The notes beneath the pieces are model-generated. The model saw only the letters and a program-made list of their open reading frames with translations. It had not been told where the DNA came from and made no database searches. A DNA stretch of 64,000 bases from Pecten maximus (Eukaryota): contig NC_047017.1 in the NCBI RefSeq assembly GCF_902652985.1, forward strand, positions 37,386,001-37,450,000, read 5' to 3'. This document shows, in pieces, positions 60,545-64,000 of the stretch; within the stretch, counting starts at the first letter, position 1; every line of letters begins with the position of its first letter. Position numbers and translations under genes: made by a program.

Positions 60545-63356
60545 ATGGATCATTCTGACCGTCCACTTTTCAACAATCTACTCAAGTTGTGTGACACTGA
60601 AGATGATACTTCAGTTAGAAAGGTGTCAAGGAGATCGAAGGAGAACAGTACTGATGGATCTTATTGTACTTCCTGTGCGAGACTGTGGAGGGACAGCAGG
60701 TACTACAATTGGGGTTCCCTGTACACACGCTCCTCCTTGTGTGCCGAGTGTCAGGAAGGGCGAGATGGGCAAGACTACATCAGTTACTGGGGAAGCTCCA
60801 AATACCGAGCAGGATCCTGGAGACTGCGACAAAAATGGATGAATCCAGATTTTGGATGGATGTTTACAAGTCGGACTGAAGCACAGAATTTAAATACTGA
60901 CACATCAAGGTCAGAAACAATTACAGAACGGTCATGGTCACAGGAATTTACTGCTAGGTCATATGAATCACTCTCAAGGTCAGAATTAAGTGCAAGGTCA
61001 CAGGAGTTAACACCAAGGTCACAGCAATGTCTATTTATAGCAAATAACACCACAAAATCAAATTCTGCCACTGATTATACCAGTCAGATCAAACAAGATG
61101 AAGACTATGATAGTGTTAACTTTTCTATGGATTCTACCCAGTCAAGATTCAGTTCTTCAAAATTTCCACAAGAAAGACATTCTAGGAGCAAGAGTCCATG
61201 TTTGCAAAAAGTTGATATAGCATCCAGGAAACAAATCTTTGAAGGATTAAGTGATGATAAATGTCAATCAGGTAAGATGACTTCTCCTGACTGCAGCAAG
61301 TATGAACCTGATCCAGTAAGAACAGACATTCCCAAGCTCGACCTGTCCAACTTGGAGGATACTCCTTACAATAGTCCTGTTTACCACTTTCCACTGACAC
61401 CAAAACACATACCAACTATAGCGAAGCCTAACCGCTGGGTGGGATAGTAAGTATTGTCAGGTCTTCACTCACAACTGTATTTATCCTCCAATAAGCCCCC
61501 TCCCCTAGTGTAAAAGTTTTGTACCATATTTATCCTCAAATAAACTCCCTTTGTAAGTGTAAAAGTTTAGTACTGTATTTGTCCTCCAGTAAGCCCCCTC
61601 CCCTAGTGTAAAAGTTTTGTACCATATTTGTCCTCAAATAAGCTCCCTCCGCAAGTGTAAAAGTTTAGTACTGTAATTATATTCAAATAAGCTCTCCTCC
61701 CATTGTGTTGAAGTTTTGTACCATATTCATCCTGAAATAAGCTCCTGTCCGACAGGCAAGTGCAAAAGTTTAGTATTAAAATTTGAGGAGGGCGTACTTG
61801 TGACCCCCTTTTGTGATGATTCTACAAAAATGAACAGGGCTTTATTGTGGATAAATATGGTAAGTATCATTACATGAAGTATCAGTATACTGAAATGGGA
61901 ATGGATATGGGATTCCTTAGCATATGATATTGATGCAATTATGTAGCACTGAAGTAATGTATACTAATTAAAAAAAAAACATCAACACCTTGACCTTTCT
62001 GCCACAGCATCATTTGAAGAGACAGTAGTTTACCTAGATTAACCAGGACTGATGTTCAGTCTCTATAGCTTTCAAAAATTCAAAAAGCTTATTCCTTGTC
62101 ATTGATGAACAGCTGCATTAATTAGCTGTTAGGTATACATACATATTGACGTCGCATGGAAAAGTTTCATTGCTGATCAAATGATAGATAAGTCAAAAAC
62201 GTCAAAGGCCAAGATCACATATAAATGACATCTTCTTACTGAGATTTTAAAACATTCAATCGTTAATCTTTACTAGGATACCAACCGTGAAAAAAAGAAC
62301 AATGAGGAGTTTATCATGTAATTTTTTCTCAAGTGGCTACTTCGTGGGTACTGCAGAGCTGACCAGTGACACTGGACATCTACTGTGGGTTCGTCCACGT
62401 GGTGACCTTCAAGTCATCTTCAAATACGCCAACACTGGACAGGATTTCAAGTAAGATAAACAATGTAACATTTGTAGTAGAGTTACTTATTCTCCATTGT
62501 TAAAAGTACACATACCCTTGAAGTTGTGTTATGAGACTCGCAATAAAACTTATTCTGACCCGTGTTAAGAAAAAAATGGGTTGCTAAAAAAAGTAATTGA
62601 TAGATTCTCAAGTACATGATGTGAAATGTAGAAAGATATATATGAGACACAACGGTTCAAAATCAAAATATCTAAGATTAAAAAAAACAAACTTTTTTTA
62701 ATAAAACTACTTTCAATTGTAGCCTTCAGTATACCACAACCTCAAACTTTGTCTTTTGACAATATTAAATTTGTACTGCTTCATCTAAAATTGAACTTAA
62801 GTGAATCCTAAAGTCAGTAAATATCTATTACCATAGTAACAGTTTGACATACAGCATACATATATTTATATAATATACATTTGTATATGTCTTTGGCCTT
62901 TGAAAAACAGGTGAAGAAAAAGCAAAGTTCATAATCATTGACATAATTTTTGGAGCCTCAGGGTATGATTTGTGATACAGTTAATTTATTCAATCAGTGG
63001 GGAGGGAGATATAAGCAGACATACCCAATATGTTGCCTTCAGTACATAAAGATATATTTATGTAGTTGCCATTTTCTCAATGTATTTTCAGGTGTTTTGT
63101 CGATCCTCAGTATACTGGTGTCAAACTTTGCCAAAGGAAGCCAGATGGAGAGCTCACAGTCATTCTTGATGGAAAAGAAAGTCCACAACATAGCAACAGT
63201 TGCTACCATGTGCAGTCTGTCACTCGGTATCCGCCCCAAAACAACTTCAAACTGGTGTCCTATCTCGGCCGGATAGAGTTGATACTCCAGGCTGTCAAAA
63301 ATGATACTTTGCCAAACCCTCAGAGATTTAAGATCAATTTTACAATGACTTTGTGA
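60545..63356 (+). CDS. Uncharacterised protein: large Ser/Arg-rich first exon plus a C-terminal meteorin-N/CUB-like domain (exon joining uncertain)
   Basis: 300-codon ORF from ATG 60545 to TAG 61447. Exons 62277-62450 and 63092-63356 have good splice sites and join in frame (...GQDFK|CFVDPQY...FTMTL*). The link between the first ORF and exon 62277 is unresolved. Confidence 0.55.
61475..61860. mobile_element. MITE whose left TIR is tandemly amplified (~49-bp units x6)
   Basis: Left CTGTATTTATCCTCCAATAAGCCCC; right GGGCTTTATTGTGGATAAATATGG followed by TA; each internal unit starts with the TIR sequence. Confidence 0.65.
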
Positions 63357-63527
63357 TATACATGTACTCCTTCCATGCACGAAGTATAAAGTATAATGTC
63401 TAAAGAACAAGGTAACCTATAATATGTCTCGGATATTTTTATGATATACAGAGTAAAGTGTTGATAATCATTTTTTATTAAATATCATTTTCTTACCACA
63501 TTGTCTTTTGTATTCATTATTTAGGGA

Positions 63528-63973
63528 AAATATGGTTCATAGGCCTTAACAGTCACCTGAGTTTTGATATATTTTTGCAGATTTGATTCCAGTGAGAAGT
63601 TGCTTGAAAGATTTTAACATATTTGACCCCTGTGCCCTGATTGAAGGTCTAGGTCATTTTTTGAATAATTTTGATAGCCCTTCATCCCAGCATGCTACTG
63701 GCTCAATATCATGCTATATCCCTAATATTAGGTGTCTAGGCCTTGCTTAATGAGAAGCCGTCTAAAGATTTTAGCATATTTGACCCCTGTGACCTTGAAT
63801 GAAGGCCAAGGTCATTCATTTGAACAATCTAGTTAGCCCTTTTCCCCAGCATACTTTATGCCCAATATCAGATCTCTAGACCTCTTGGTTATTGAGAAGT
63901 TGAAAATGTCAATTATTTAGGAACAGACGACAATGGACAAAAGGCGTTTAGAATGGGCGAGGTGACCTAAAAA
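63528..63973 (-). mobile_element. Diverged HINE-type element; related relics at 1-190 and ~41680
   Basis: GGCCTTAACAGTCACCTGAG...GGACAAAAGGCGTTTAGAATGGGCGAGGTGACCTAAAAA shares both ends with 33254-34505; its internal unit matches 20-125. Confidence 0.7.
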
Positions 63974-64000
63974 TCCATAAAAATGAGCAAATAAATAAAA

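Overview
AT-rich animal genomic DNA with spliceosomal introns. The repeat content (Helentron/HINE-type elements with internal ~150 bp arrays, a tRNA-LTR TRIM) suggests a bivalve mollusc; this is an inference. Hand-assembled exon chains give five genes: ARID4A/B-like (-, 3' end off-window), an SLC25A45/48-like mitochondrial carrier (+, 298 aa), POLR3F/RPC34 (-, 311 aa), KAT5/Tip60 (+, about 502 aa, head-to-head with POLR3F) and an unnamed gene near 60.5-63.4 kb whose C-terminus resembles the meteorin N-terminal domain. POLR3F intron 4 holds a decayed Ty3/Gypsy LTR retrotransposon with two nested insertions. Best leads: (1) this Gypsy element carries an intact third ORF in the env position that encodes a zinc-finger/NLS protein behind its own splice acceptor, and that acceptor is in frame with POLR3F exon 4; (2) a young 348-bp TRIM whose LTRs each contain a foldable tRNA-Thr(AGT)-like gene; (3) intronic minisatellites built from splice-signal sequence, one of which supplies a real acceptor. 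All coordinates were read by eye and no database search was run.
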